Numbered from the stretch's first letter, positions 1 to 8,828 are shown. The stretch is DNA of 32,590 bases from a virus (IMGVR_UViG_2740892422_000012); one strand, 5' to 3'. Numbers and translations: made by a program. The notes: generated by a model not told the origin, from the letters alone.

Positions 1-990
1 TTATGTGGATGAAATGTGGATGCCTCCTTTTAATGGATTAAGTGAAATTGCATCCTGGAGGAAATCAGGAGCGAGGTGCGCATAGGTCATAGTTTGCTGG
101 ATCGTGGCGTGCCCCATAATTCGCTGGAGCGTAAGTATATTTCCTCCATTAATCATAAAGTGAGCAGCAAAGGTATGGCGTAGAACATGTACAGCCTGTC
201 CTTTTGGTAGGTCTGGCTTAACACTGCGAAGCACCTTGCGATATTCTTCATAATTGACGTCAAACAAAAGGCCGGATTTCTTTGTTTTGATCTCACTAAC
301 AACTTCATCAGAGACAGGAATAATTCGAACTTTTCCGTTTTTAGTTTTGTTAAACGTCACGCGATTATTGATGATGTGTTCCGCGCGCAGATTTTTCGCT
401 TCTCCCCATCTCGCCCCAGTACTGAGACAAAGTAGCGTAATCCGCCGAGCATCACCGCTTACTGCATCCAGCAATTTGGCGATTTCTTCCGTAGTGAGGT
501 ACGTCATTTCGGGTGATTTTCGTTTCAAAGAGGGGAGGGCGCGGAGTGGATTTTCTCCGTGAAATTCCCCGGCATTTGCCAGGAGTGTAAACATTCCTCC
601 GAGATCCGACTCATCACGCCGAACAGTAGACTCTTTTACTCCCAAGGATAAGCGGGAGCTTCGATAAGCTGCCATGAAACGAGCATTAATCTGGCTAACC
701 CTTGGATCATTCATTTCTTTGATGATTTTTTTCAATCTGGTTAGAACGCCGTTAGCATATGGCTTATTGCGTCCACCCAATTCCCACCATAACGGAAGCA
801 GATCTGAGAGATGACGTTGCTCTGTTGGCTTTTCAAGCCATTCCTTATCGTGCATGTGGCTGAGAACATAGCGCTCAAAGGCCACTGCATCTGCCTTTTT
901 CTTAAAAATCCGCTGAATCCGACGTCCACTTCGGCCACGCGGTCTAACATCCACTTTATATCGTCCACCATCGAGTGCTTTAATTGCCAT
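1..990 (-). CDS. int: Phage integrase, P2-type tyrosine recombinase
   Basis: ORF 1..1023(-); N-terminus from internal Met (MAIKALDGGRYKVDVRPRGRSGRRIQRIFKKKADAVAFERY) matches recalled P2 Int start, C-terminal region has HVLRHTFA...GHA...Y catalytic pattern. Start moved to ATG at 990 because GGAGGG lies about 7 nt upstream on the minus strand; ATG at 1023 remains possible. Confidence 0.9.
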   Translation of the reverse strand: MAIKALDGGRYKVDVRPRGRSGRRIQRIFKKKADAVAFERYVLSHMHDKEWLEKPTEQRHLSDLLPLWWELGGRNKPYANGVLTRLKKIIKEMNDPRVSQINARFMAAYRSSRLSLGVKESTVRRDESDLGGMFTLLANAGEFHGENPLRALPSLKRKSPEMTYLTTEEIAKLLDAVSGDARRITLLCLSTGARWGEAKNLRAEHIINNRVTFNKTKNGKVRIIPVSDEVVSEIKTKKSGLLFDVNYEEYRKVLRSVKPDLPKGQAVHVLRHTFAAHFMINGGNILTLQRIMGHATIQQTMTYAHLAPDFLQDAISLNPLKGGIHISST

Positions 991-1056
991 TGGCAAGCCC
1001 TCCGGTGAAACGAGGAAAGACATTTCCAGTTTGTAAAACGTAAGAATAATAAAGGG

Positions 1057-1359
1057 TTAACCAATTTTCCTTTCGGATGGGGGTAAATCCGTTGGCTCTT
1101 GCCCATAGTGTGCGAGAGCCGGAGCTATCTGCCCGGATTCAGGCGCAATTTTTCCAGTCATAAACCACAAGGCATATTTTTCGAACCGCGGGCAATTTAA
1201 GATTTTCATCATTACATCCCCTTTGGGTATGGATTCGCCAGTCTCATAACGCCATAGCGCGTTATGCGGAATACCTATTAACTCCGCAGCCTCATTGCGA
1301 CTTGTAATGCGCTCACTTTCACGCATTAGTTTTAGTTTTTCACCAATCTCCAAAATCAT
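1057..1359 (-). CDS. Immunity repressor, P2 C-like HTH protein
   Basis: ORF 1057..1386(-); segment VMMKILNCPRFEKYALWFMTGKIAPESGQIAPALAHYGQ closely resembles recalled P2 C repressor C-terminus; sits between int and a divergent cox-like gene as in P2. Start chosen at internal ATG 1359 (MILEIGEKL) with GGAG upstream; 1386 is an alternative. Confidence 0.75.
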   Translation of the reverse strand: MILEIGEKLKLMRESERITSRNEAAELIGIPHNALWRYETGESIPKGDVMMKILNCPRFEKYALWFMTGKIAPESGQIAPALAHYGQEPTDLPPSERKIG

Positions 1360-1453
1360 ATTGCATTCTCCAAATATGTAGTGCATTATGCAAACAATGA
1401 GTTGAACTATGGGGTAAATATCTCACCTATACCCCAAACAGGGAGATTATCAC
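1360..1453. promoter_or_regulatory. Divergent early promoter/operator region between repressor and cox-like gene
   Basis: 94-bp AT-rich gap between divergent genes; contains dyads TGCAT-T-ATGCA and GGGGTA-N13-TACCCC that could be operators. Position-based inference only. Confidence 0.45.
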
Positions 1454-1780
1454 ATGAATGAAGAACTATTGAGGGCATTGTTTAAGATCCCAGACCCCAT
1501 CACCGTCGATGAATTTGCTCGCCGCACGGGCAAGACCGAATCAGCCGTAAGAAAGTTGGTGGAACGTCGACTCATCCCTCTGGCCACTGAGCGTGAAGTT
1601 TTAGGCGAGGAAGGAAGTTCACGCCGCCTTCTCATCCTATGGAACGAGTGGCTCGAAATGGTCTATGACGCAACGAAACAGCTTCCTCCTGAGCGTAAAG
1701 ATTGGCGCAACCACTGGCTTAATAAAGCCAAGAAGCTGGCGGAAGATTTGGGATTAGGCTTCCTTAATTTTGCTGCATGA
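1454..1780 (+). CDS. Cox/Apl-like excisionase and early regulator (putative)
   Basis: 108-aa ORF transcribed divergently from the repressor, AGGGAG RBS 8 nt upstream of ATG; position matches P2 cox / 186 apl. Sequence similarity to P2 Cox is weak by eye. Confidence 0.5.
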   Translation: MNEELLRALFKIPDPITVDEFARRTGKTESAVRKLVERRLIPLATEREVLGEEGSSRRLLILWNEWLEMVYDATKQLPPERKDWRNHWLNKAKKLAEDLGLGFLNFAA

Positions 1781-1798
1781 GATGCAGGGAGTTTTGAT

Positions 1799-2140
1799 AT
1801 GAAACAGCAACGTAATTCACGCTTTCGTAATGGTGCTGAACGCCACGCTAACCGTTTCGCTACCAGTGCATCACGCAGCAACATCCGCTACAGCCTGAGC
1901 GAAACACACGCAACGCCGGATGGCTACCCAGTAAAACAAATCGGCGAGCACGCCTGGTTGATTGAGAAAGCTGGAATCGTGGTCCACAAATGCCCACACA
2001 ATCCGTTTACCGGAAACCGCATTTTTGCACTAAGCAGCGGCGACAATCAGTTCGGACAGGATTTCACATTGTACGAAGCACTTCGTACAGTTGATCGTCT
2101 GCTTCGCGGACAAAGTTTTATTAAACAGGCTGATTTATAA
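1799..2140 (+). CDS. Hypothetical early protein
   Basis: 113-aa ORF, GGGAG RBS, tightly packed in the early operon. Confidence 0.55.
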   Translation: MKQQRNSRFRNGAERHANRFATSASRSNIRYSLSETHATPDGYPVKQIGEHAWLIEKAGIVVHKCPHNPFTGNRIFALSSGDNQFGQDFTLYEALRTVDRLLRGQSFIKQADL

Positions 2141-2150
2141 CAGGTGCTTT

Positions 2151-2429
2151 ATGACCAAAGAGCATGCACAAGGTGTATTTATCCGTTTTATTGATTTTCG
2201 CGGTGAACTGTTATTACGCGCATCGGCTATTGATGCTGTAGTTCCGGCAGAAAAAGATGTGGCCACTTACCTTTATCTGAACGGCACGCGATTGTTTGTG
2301 GAACTTCCGTACCAGACCGTACGCGAAATCATTAACGAAGCTGAAAAGGCACGTCAGGTTAATGGCGATGAACCATATATCGAAATTATCTGCATGGATT
2401 CAGAAACTGAAATTCAGAAAGCAGATTAA
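2151..2429 (+). CDS. Hypothetical early protein
   Basis: In-frame ATG at 2151 (MTKEHAQG...) chosen over track start 2091, which overlaps the upstream gene; AGGTG 4 nt upstream. Confidence 0.55.
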   Translation: MTKEHAQGVFIRFIDFRGELLLRASAIDAVVPAEKDVATYLYLNGTRLFVELPYQTVREIINEAEKARQVNGDEPYIEIICMDSETEIQKAD

Positions 2430-2440
2430 AGGGCGTTGCG

Positions 2441-2683
2441 ATGGGCAAAGAATATAAAACTCTCATTAACAAAGCACTTGAGCGTTTTTATTTTCGCTTA
2501 AGTGCATCAGGCGCTCATGCTGAACGTGCAGCCCGCGACTCATTGACCAGGGCAATTCGGAGTCTGTATGACGTGGCTTTTTACGCTGATGATCTGGATG
2601 CACTTAACGAACTTTCCGAGCTGATCTGTGCCGCAGAATGCGGGGAACATATTGAACCGTATAAGCTGGGGAATATTGCATGA
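2441..2683 (+). CDS. Hypothetical early protein
   Basis: 80-aa ORF in the same operon; helical, charged composition. Confidence 0.55.
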   Translation: MGKEYKTLINKALERFYFRLSASGAHAERAARDSLTRAIRSLYDVAFYADDLDALNELSELICAAECGEHIEPYKLGNIA

Positions 2684-2793
2684 GTATATTTATCTCATGG
2701 CTTGTTCTGATTATTTCGGTGGCCTGCGCCATTGGGATTATGCGAATTATTAATTCAGTAAAAAAGATTGAACGCTTTTTCACTGGTGAATAA
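2680..2793 (+). CDS. Small hydrophobic membrane peptide (37 aa), putative
   Basis: Not in the ORF track (below its size cut-off). ATG at 2680 overlaps upstream TGA (ATGA coupling); translation MSIFISWLVLIISVACAIGIMRIINSVKKIERFFTGE has one predicted transmembrane helix and a basic tail. Confidence 0.4.
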   Translation: MSIFISWLVLIISVACAIGIMRIINSVKKIERFFTGE

Positions 2794-2879
2794 CAGCGCA
2801 AATAAAACCACAGGTTAAATAAGAAAATGTAAAAACAATCCGCATTCGCGGAGGTATTCGCACACGCCAAGGAGGCGCA

Positions 2880-3083
2880 ATGGCAATTAAGCATTTTCCC
2901 GTCGTTCGTTTCACTTCCAGAGGACGTGAATACGAGGTCGACGAACGCCTGATTACCACAATCGACAAACACCGTTCAGAACAGGATGCACATCACATCT
3001 ATCTCACTGACGGCACTTACTTCTGCGCCACGAATGTGGTGCAGGTGAACCTTATCCGACAGGTACAGGAGTCACGCAGATGA
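2880..3083 (+). CDS. Hypothetical early protein
   Basis: 67-aa ORF with strong RBS AAGGAGG 5-10 nt upstream of ATG. Confidence 0.6.
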   Translation: MAIKHFPVVRFTSRGREYEVDERLITTIDKHRSEQDAHHIYLTDGTYFCATNVVQVNLIRQVQESRR

Positions 3084-3325
3084 CCATTCTGGATTATATC
3101 GCTGCCAATCCGGGGTGTAGCGGTGGAGAAATCGCCGCAGCACTGAATACCCCAACCACAGCCATTAATGCGGAGTTACGCCGACTCTGGCGCAGCGGTT
3201 CAGTCATAAGAAAAGAGCGCAAAACAGGCGGTCGCTTTTCTTACCAGATAAACCCGATGCCGTTCGGGTGCGGCAATCCACTTACCAACATGTTTAACCA
3301 GCTACTGAAGGAAGCCAGAGCATGA
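3080..3325 (+). CDS. Small winged-helix-like DNA-binding protein (putative)
   Basis: 81-aa ORF, ATGA overlap with upstream gene; helical pattern AANPGCSGGEIAAALNTPTTAINAELRRLWRSG suggests an HTH fold. Confidence 0.5.
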   Translation: MTILDYIAANPGCSGGEIAAALNTPTTAINAELRRLWRSGSVIRKERKTGGRFSYQINPMPFGCGNPLTNMFNQLLKEARA

Positions 3326-4251
3326 GCGCCATCAACCACCAGGGATTACGCGAACTGGCAACTGACCTTCAACGAATGGCAACGCATCAAAAATTACTGG
3401 CGTTTCGCGCAATGCTCTCGCCGTCTGCTGTGCTGGCAATGCTGGATGAGCTGGAGCACGCCAGAACCACGGCTCCTGCCATTCGCCTGACACTCCATCA
3501 TGAAATTGCTGATTTCTGCGCGACGTTGGAGGCACCAGGCGAACCGGAAACGCCGGAAGCAATACAGCAAGAGCTGCTGCAACGCATTGACAAGGTTTTT
3601 GATTTTTTTTCTGAACCACTAAGAAACCAGAACATGCACACACAAAAAAACCGCTTGCCATGCCGTAATCAGTCAGGTTACATTTCCGCTGCACCTCATA
3701 AAACGGGTGCCGGGATTCTCAACCCGATACAGAGCAAAGCGCATAACCGCGCCAGCGGTTTTTTTGTGCGTACTGTATTGCCACGTCTTTTTCGCGTCAG
3801 AATTATGGCGGGGCGTACGGGGCCGACTTCGGTCGGGCCGGATTCTTTGCTCTCCGGTGTTGAGAACCCTGTACGTCTCGCCACCCCGAGATTCTCAACT
3901 CTGGATGGTGAGTTATTTCTATCACCGAGCAAAGAGGCCACACCATGGCAAACCGCAAACAGCACCGCGCATACGCTGCGCGTCGTCACATCCAGACTGA
4001 AATCAACCGCAGACTTTCCCGCGCATTCCGCGTCGCTAAAATCATGCACATCAATATGCTGCATGAGCGTAGCTGCGAACTTTCAAACCTCTATTCATCC
4101 GCTGTTTTCAGCTATCTGGCGGATGATCTGCGCGAGCTTCAGCAGCTCTTCCAGCAGCAAAACAAACCCCATTAATTCCTGTTCCGGGCCTTTCCTGCAC
4201 CTTGCGGCGGGAGGCCTTCGCACATCTGTAGTAAAGAGAATTGCAGCATGA
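3322..4251 (+). CDS. Hypothetical protein; only the N-terminal ~100 codons look protein-like, remainder of ORF is doubtful
   Basis: ORF 3322..4251 (309 codons) with GGAAG RBS. After about 3620 the translation becomes low-complexity (S/T/R/A-rich), crosses hairpins and a terminator-like structure, and overlaps the better-supported gene 3945..4175 in another frame. Confidence 0.3.
   Translation: MSAINHQGLRELATDLQRMATHQKLLAFRAMLSPSAVLAMLDELEHARTTAPAIRLTLHHEIADFCATLEAPGEPETPEAIQQELLQRIDKVFDFFSEPLRNQNMHTQKNRLPCRNQSGYISAAPHKTGAGILNPIQSKAHNRASGFFVRTVLPRLFRVRIMAGRTGPTSVGPDSLLSGVENPVRLATPRFSTLDGELFLSPSKEATPWQTANSTAHTLRVVTSRLKSTADFPAHSASLKSCTSICCMSVAANFQTSIHPLFSAIWRMICASFSSSSSSKTNPINSCSGPFLHLAAGGLRTSVVKRIAA
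3746..3766 (+). terminator. Candidate intrinsic terminator (short stem ACCGC/GCGGT, loop GCCA, then T7)
   Basis: Read directly: accgc gcca gcggt followed by ttttttt at 3759-3765. Lies inside the long ORF 3322..4251, which argues against that ORF being translated through here. Confidence 0.35.
3945..4175 (+). CDS. Small basic hypothetical protein (76 aa)
   Basis: AGAGG RBS 7 nt upstream of ATG; translation MANRKQHRAYAARRHIQTEINRRLSRAFRVAKIMHINMLHERS... is arginine-rich and helical. Confidence 0.5.
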   Translation: MANRKQHRAYAARRHIQTEINRRLSRAFRVAKIMHINMLHERSCELSNLYSSAVFSYLADDLRELQQLFQQQNKPH

Positions 4252-4637
4252 TTGACGCTCATGACTTCACAAGATGGGTGCGCACACAGGACACCCGTCT
4301 GGCTCCCGTTCTTCAGGGATTATTTGATCTCTACATCCGTGGTCGTGACAACAGAGCACGCACCACAAAACCGGAGAATGCAGACACCCTTTATTTCACA
4401 GTAGACGACTGCTACCGCGTGGACTTCACACCACACGGGCTGGCGTTGCACTGCCTGACACCACACGGCGAATCACTACTGGCGTATTACGACTCCCCGG
4501 CCTCCGTATTTGCGGCAATGCTGGCGCATCGCACTGCTGGCGGGTGTGCCTCGCTGAGTGAATACACCGCTGAATTTGACCGCCTTTCCGCCATCTTCTC
4601 GCAGGAGTGGCAGCGCGTGACGGGATACCAGCCATGA
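4248..4637 (+). CDS. Hypothetical protein (129 aa), translationally coupled to the replication gene
   Basis: ORF with stop overlapping the downstream ATG (ATGA at 4634-4637). Confidence 0.55.
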   Translation: MIDAHDFTRWVRTQDTRLAPVLQGLFDLYIRGRDNRARTTKPENADTLYFTVDDCYRVDFTPHGLALHCLTPHGESLLAYYDSPASVFAAMLAHRTAGGCASLSEYTAEFDRLSAIFSQEWQRVTGYQP

Positions 4638-7459
4638 GTGAGTTTGCATGGAGCTGGAATGAACCACGACCAGCCATTGATCCGGCCAGATTTACGGAGC
4701 GCAGGCAGGAAACTGAAACCGACTTGCAACGCGCCATCCGTTACTACCTTGAGGCGGACAAAAAGGCCCGGGAAGAACAGGAAGCGAAGGAGGAAGCCTT
4801 TTTCGCACAATCCGCCATGGGTAAAAAACTCATGGCATCCCTTGAGGAAGCCGGACAGCGTGAAAAGCTGGCACAGAGCATCATCAGTAAGCGCCGGGCA
4901 ACAGAACAAGACCCAGTAGCCCGTGCCTTTGCCACACTAAAGGCACTACCTGTTTATCTGCGTGAACCACTGAGCCGCCACCTCTCTTTCCTGCGCAAAA
5001 AACAGGAAGCCGATCGCCAGAAAGGCAAAAAGAGCTGGCAGGCGGAACGCTATGCACGCGGAACCCTGCGCAAAATATTCGAACGTCTAGATCGCACTGA
5101 CGGACGCTGGCTGACACCGGGTTATCGCTCCCTTGCCGGGCGCGAACGCCTGGACGATTTGCTTTACCTGCCGCAGCTCAACAAGCACCAGATACAGACG
5201 CTGGCCACCATGACCGCGGCGATGTTCAGCAGCACCTTCGAAACACTCTGCGATGGCTTTGGTGCCAGAGATGGCGAGCTGACCATGGATGTAATGTTGA
5301 AGGCTTACCGGATGCTGGCTCGTATCGCATTACGCCTGCACATCATGCCGCCACATTACGAAGCCCTGAACAAGAGCGAACCGGATACGGAACTGCTGCC
5401 GGGCGCAATCCTTCGCCTGACCTGTGCGGACTGGTGGAAACGCAAACTGTGGCTGTTACGTTGCGAGTGGAGAGAAGAACAACTCCGCGCCGCCTGTCTG
5501 GTTTCCAGAAAAACATCACCCTATCTGAGCCAGGACGCGTTAAGCGAGTTTCGCGCACAGCGCGAGAAAACACGCGATTTCCTGAAAAGTTTCATGCTGG
5601 AAAATGAAGACGGGTTCACGATTGATCTCGAGACGGTGTATTACGCGGGAGTAAGTAACCCGGTTCACCGTAAGGCAGAAATGATGGCCACCATGAAGGG
5701 ACTGGAACTTCTGGCCGAAGCCCGTGGCGACAGAGCGGTGTTTCTGACTGTCACCTGCCCGTCAAAATACCACGCAACAACGGAGAACGGTCATCCGAAT
5801 CCCAAATGGAACGGGGCCACCATGCGCGACTCCAGCGATTACCTGGTTAACACGTTTTTTGCGGCGGTCCGCAAGAAACTGAACCGCGACGGCCTGCGCT
5901 GGTATGGCATCCGCACGGTGGAGCCTCACCATGACGGCACCGTGCACTGGCATATGATGGTCTTTGCCCATCCGGAAGAAATCGACACCATTGTGTCCCA
6001 CACCCGCGATATTGCCATTCAGGAAGATCGTCACGAGCTGGGCGATGATATTACTCCGCGCTTTAAGGCGGAGTATGTAGACGGCTCAAAAGGCACGCCA
6101 ACCAGCTACATCGCCACCTACATCGGAAAGAACCTGGACAGCCGCGCCGTGGATGGCATCGACCCGAAAACAGGCAAACCACGCGTTGACCACGAAACCG
6201 GAAAATCAATGGCCGAGAGCGTGGAGCGCGCCATCGGCTGGGCGCGCCTTCACCGGGTCCGCCAGTTCCAGTTCTTTGGCATCCCATCCCGTCAGGTGTG
6301 GCGTGAACTGCGCCGCCTTGCCAGCCAGATGGCACGCAACCCGGAAGGCCCGCAACGGCTGAAGGATGACGCAATGGACGCGGTTCTTGCTGCCGCTGAT
6401 GCCGGATGTTTTGCCACCTACATTGAGAAACAGGGCGGCGTACTTGTTCCACGCAAAGACTACCTGATTCGCACCGCCTACGACCTCGCAGATGAGCTGA
6501 ACGATTACGGCGAACAGAGCGTACAGATTTACGGGATCTGGTCACCACTCATCGGGGAATCCTCCCGTGTGTGCACGCACCCGGATAACTGGAAGCTGGT
6601 AAGACGTAAACCGGAAGCGGAAGACAGCACCCGCGAAAATGGTTTTGACCTTCAGGGCGGCCCTGCCGCCCCTTGGACTCGTGGCAATAACTGTCCCCGT
6701 GTACAGGAAGCAGGCAACAGCGGGACAGAACTGTCGGAAGAGCAACCAACACCGTGGCCGCAGATCCCTGACGGCGTTGATGTGGATGAATGGATGCGCT
6801 CACTGAAACGGCACGAACGCCGGGCGCTGATGCGTTCGCTGCGTGACAAACAGGCAAAAAACAGCAGTGATGAAATGCAGAGCTGGACACAGAGCCGCAA
6901 ACAGCAGCGGCCTTTGCCTGATAACCACGAATTACTCGCTAAAGAATGGCGGGAGTCTGCCGAATCTCTCGGCCTGCATATCGGTGAACAGCAGATGCAG
7001 CACCTGTTACGGGGCGGCAGCCTGTACGTTGACGGCAGCATCATTGCACCGCAGGGATTTGAAATTGTACGCAAACCGGATACCCGCCCGGACAGCCGAA
7101 TCACGCAGCTCTGGCAGCGCCTGAGCCGTAATCATGGCGTAAGCAGCACGGAGATCCGCCATAACCCGGTCGCCAGCTATCTGACACAGCTGGGGGCATC
7201 AGACCCTGAAGCCGCCGCACGCCTGGCATCCACACTTCAGCAGGACCAGAACACCATGAAAACCCCCGTTACCGTGCTTTCTGACATGCTGCGCGCCATC
7301 CGTGACGCAGAGCACGCACAGAGAATCAGTGAAACAACTGAACGCGCCCGCCGCAAAGCAGACCTGCTGCGGGGTGGCCTGATCAGTGGAAACAAAAAAC
7401 AGACAGAAACGGGATTCACAAATCCCGTAAATGAGCAAAAAACGTGCCGCGATGTATGA
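4634..7459 (+). CDS. Rolling-circle replication initiator, HUH endonuclease (P2 gene A homolog)
   Basis: Contains the HUH motif VEPHHDGTVHWHMMVFAH; large protein in the position of P2 A. Start set at ATG 4634 (track start 4607 is GTG with RBS too close). About 941 aa, longer than the roughly 760 aa recalled for P2 A. Confidence 0.85.
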   Translation: MSEFAWSWNEPRPAIDPARFTERRQETETDLQRAIRYYLEADKKAREEQEAKEEAFFAQSAMGKKLMASLEEAGQREKLAQSIISKRRATEQDPVARAFATLKALPVYLREPLSRHLSFLRKKQEADRQKGKKSWQAERYARGTLRKIFERLDRTDGRWLTPGYRSLAGRERLDDLLYLPQLNKHQIQTLATMTAAMFSSTFETLCDGFGARDGELTMDVMLKAYRMLARIALRLHIMPPHYEALNKSEPDTELLPGAILRLTCADWWKRKLWLLRCEWREEQLRAACLVSRKTSPYLSQDALSEFRAQREKTRDFLKSFMLENEDGFTIDLETVYYAGVSNPVHRKAEMMATMKGLELLAEARGDRAVFLTVTCPSKYHATTENGHPNPKWNGATMRDSSDYLVNTFFAAVRKKLNRDGLRWYGIRTVEPHHDGTVHWHMMVFAHPEEIDTIVSHTRDIAIQEDRHELGDDITPRFKAEYVDGSKGTPTSYIATYIGKNLDSRAVDGIDPKTGKPRVDHETGKSMAESVERAIGWARLHRVRQFQFFGIPSRQVWRELRRLASQMARNPEGPQRLKDDAMDAVLAAADAGCFATYIEKQGGVLVPRKDYLIRTAYDLADELNDYGEQSVQIYGIWSPLIGESSRVCTHPDNWKLVRRKPEAEDSTRENGFDLQGGPAAPWTRGNNCPRVQEAGNSGTELSEEQPTPWPQIPDGVDVDEWMRSLKRHERRALMRSLRDKQAKNSSDEMQSWTQSRKQQRPLPDNHELLAKEWRESAESLGLHIGEQQMQHLLRGGSLYVDGSIIAPQGFEIVRKPDTRPDSRITQLWQRLSRNHGVSSTEIRHNPVASYLTQLGASDPEAAARLASTLQQDQNTMKTPVTVLSDMLRAIRDAEHAQRISETTERARRKADLLRGGLISGNKKQTETGFTNPVNEQKTCRDV

Positions 7460-7505
7460 AGCGCGCACAAAACAGGCAAAAGCGGGATTCCAGAATCCCG
7501 TAAAC
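7408..7505. promoter_or_regulatory. Two copies of an inverted-repeat site CGGGATT-N4-AATCCCG-TAAA; candidate parC-like centromere/operator or origin element
   Basis: Copies at 7410..7427 and 7483..7500, each within a roughly 37-bp imperfect direct repeat. First copy is inside the 3' end of gene A, second is 35 bp upstream of the parM start. Confidence 0.4.
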
Positions 7506-7535
7506 GGTTAATTAATCAACATAAGGAAAATCGAC

Positions 7536-8495
7536 ATGAAAATTTGTATCGACGACGGCTCCACCAACATCAAGCTGGCATGGACTGAGAACGGCGAACG
7601 CCGCAACGCCATCAGCCCGAACAGCTTCAAGTCGGAATGGTCTGCGCCGTTCGGTGGCTCGCAGCCTGCGAACTACATGCTTGATGGCGTGCGCTATGGT
7701 TTTGATCCGGTCAGCGATCGCTTTGTCCAGACGACCGACACGCAATACCAGTACAGCGATGTGAATGTCATTGCCATTCATCACGCGCTGGTCAAATCAG
7801 GCATCACGCCTCAGGAGGTGGATGTGGTTGTCACCCTGCCACTGAGCGAGTATTTCGACACAAACGCACAGCCAGACATGGCCAACATCAACCGCAAAAA
7901 AGCGAACGTTATGCGCCCGGTGGAGTACCAGAACGGCGAAGCATTCACTATCCGTAACGTGCGGGTTATGCCTGAATCCATTCCGGCTGGTTTTAAGGCA
8001 CTGGCTGACATGAGTCCGTTTGAATCCCTGCTGATTGTGGATTTGGGCGGAACCACGCTGGATGTGGCAAAGGTTCAGGGGCAACTGGCAGGTATCAGCC
8101 AGGTGTTTTGCGATCCACACGTAGGCGTTTCTCTGATGGCTGATGCCGTGCTGTCGGTGATGGCCACTAACGGTATGCGTACCAGTCACCACATCGCCAA
8201 TACCATTATTGAGCACCGTCACGATGAAGCCTGGCTACGCCAGCACATTCACAATGACGCGCATTACAACAGCCTGATGGCGGTTATTCGTGAAAAGGAG
8301 GAAACACTGAAACAACGCGTGATCCGCGCGCTGGCGGGTTTTTCGGGTTACGGGCGGGTGATGGTTGTAGGTGGAGGAGCGGAGATTGTGGCACCCGCTA
8401 TCCGCGAAGCCTGCGGAGTTAATGCGACTTTCATCGCGGACGGGGTGCCACAGTTTGCTCTGGTTAATGGGCTGTACGCAATGGACAAGGAGTAA
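7536..8495 (+). CDS. parM: ParM/StbA-family actin-like segregation ATPase
   Basis: Motifs IDDGSTNIKL, PNSFK, YSDVNVIAIHHAL, VDVVVTLPL, IVDLGGTTLD, VMVVGGGAEI align with recalled plasmid R1 ParM (StbA); AAGGAAAA RBS. Confidence 0.85.
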   Translation: MKICIDDGSTNIKLAWTENGERRNAISPNSFKSEWSAPFGGSQPANYMLDGVRYGFDPVSDRFVQTTDTQYQYSDVNVIAIHHALVKSGITPQEVDVVVTLPLSEYFDTNAQPDMANINRKKANVMRPVEYQNGEAFTIRNVRVMPESIPAGFKALADMSPFESLLIVDLGGTTLDVAKVQGQLAGISQVFCDPHVGVSLMADAVLSVMATNGMRTSHHIANTIIEHRHDEAWLRQHIHNDAHYNSLMAVIREKEETLKQRVIRALAGFSGYGRVMVVGGGAEIVAPAIREACGVNATFIADGVPQFALVNGLYAMDKE

Positions 8496-8499
8496 ATCA

Positions 8500-8814
8500 A
8501 TGACGACACCAACCAGACGGATAAGTTTCTATCTGAAGCCCGCCGTCGTCAAGAGCGAACGGGAGGCGTGCAGTTACCTCGACAGCCTGCCAGCCTCCGA
8601 ACGCAGCCGCGCACAACGCGCGGCTTTTCTGGCCGGACTGGCTCTTATAAAACGCATCCCCGCGTTGGCGTATTCGCTGGCAGAATGGTCAGAAGACGAA
8701 ATAAGGATGCCACCGCTACCAGTACAGCCTGAAAAACCGGCGAAACCAGCAGCAGACAGCGCCCCCCATATGCAGCAGGTGAAGAAGAATATTCAGGCGT
8801 TTTTTCCGAAGTGA
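8500..8814 (+). CDS. parR: ParR/StbB-like ribbon-helix-helix partition adaptor
   Basis: Start ATG 8500, 5 nt after parM stop. N-terminus MTTPTRRISFYLKPAV...LDSLPASERSRAQRAAFLAGLAL parallels recalled R1 ParR (RRTIAFKLNPDV...LDSIPQGERSRLNRAALTAGLAL). Confidence 0.8.
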   Translation: MTTPTRRISFYLKPAVVKSEREACSYLDSLPASERSRAQRAAFLAGLALIKRIPALAYSLAEWSEDEIRMPPLPVQPEKPAKPAADSAPHMQQVKKNIQAFFPK

Positions 8815-8828
8815 AAACAGGAGTAACT

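Noticed and set aside
254-562. 102-aa plus-strand ORF inside the integrase gene
   Set aside because: Lies entirely antisense to the integrase coding sequence with low-complexity translation.
3700-3945. Type III toxin-antitoxin-like RNA repeat array upstream of the 76-aa gene
   Set aside because: The repeats are only three 10-bp copies, not tandem, one is inverted, and the downstream protein is far smaller than known type III toxins.
3696-4064. 122-aa minus-strand ORF across the structured segment
   Set aside because: Not protein-like and overlaps the plus-strand terminator-like hairpin and the better-supported 3945..4175 gene.
4607-4633. GTG start extending the replication gene by 9 codons
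   Set aside because: The AGGAG upstream is only 2 nt from the GTG; the ATG at 4634 is coupled to the upstream stop (ATGA).
8371-8499. Upstream extension of the ParR ORF into parM
   Set aside because: Overlaps the parM coding region; the ATG at 8500 directly follows the parM stop and matches the ParR N-terminus.
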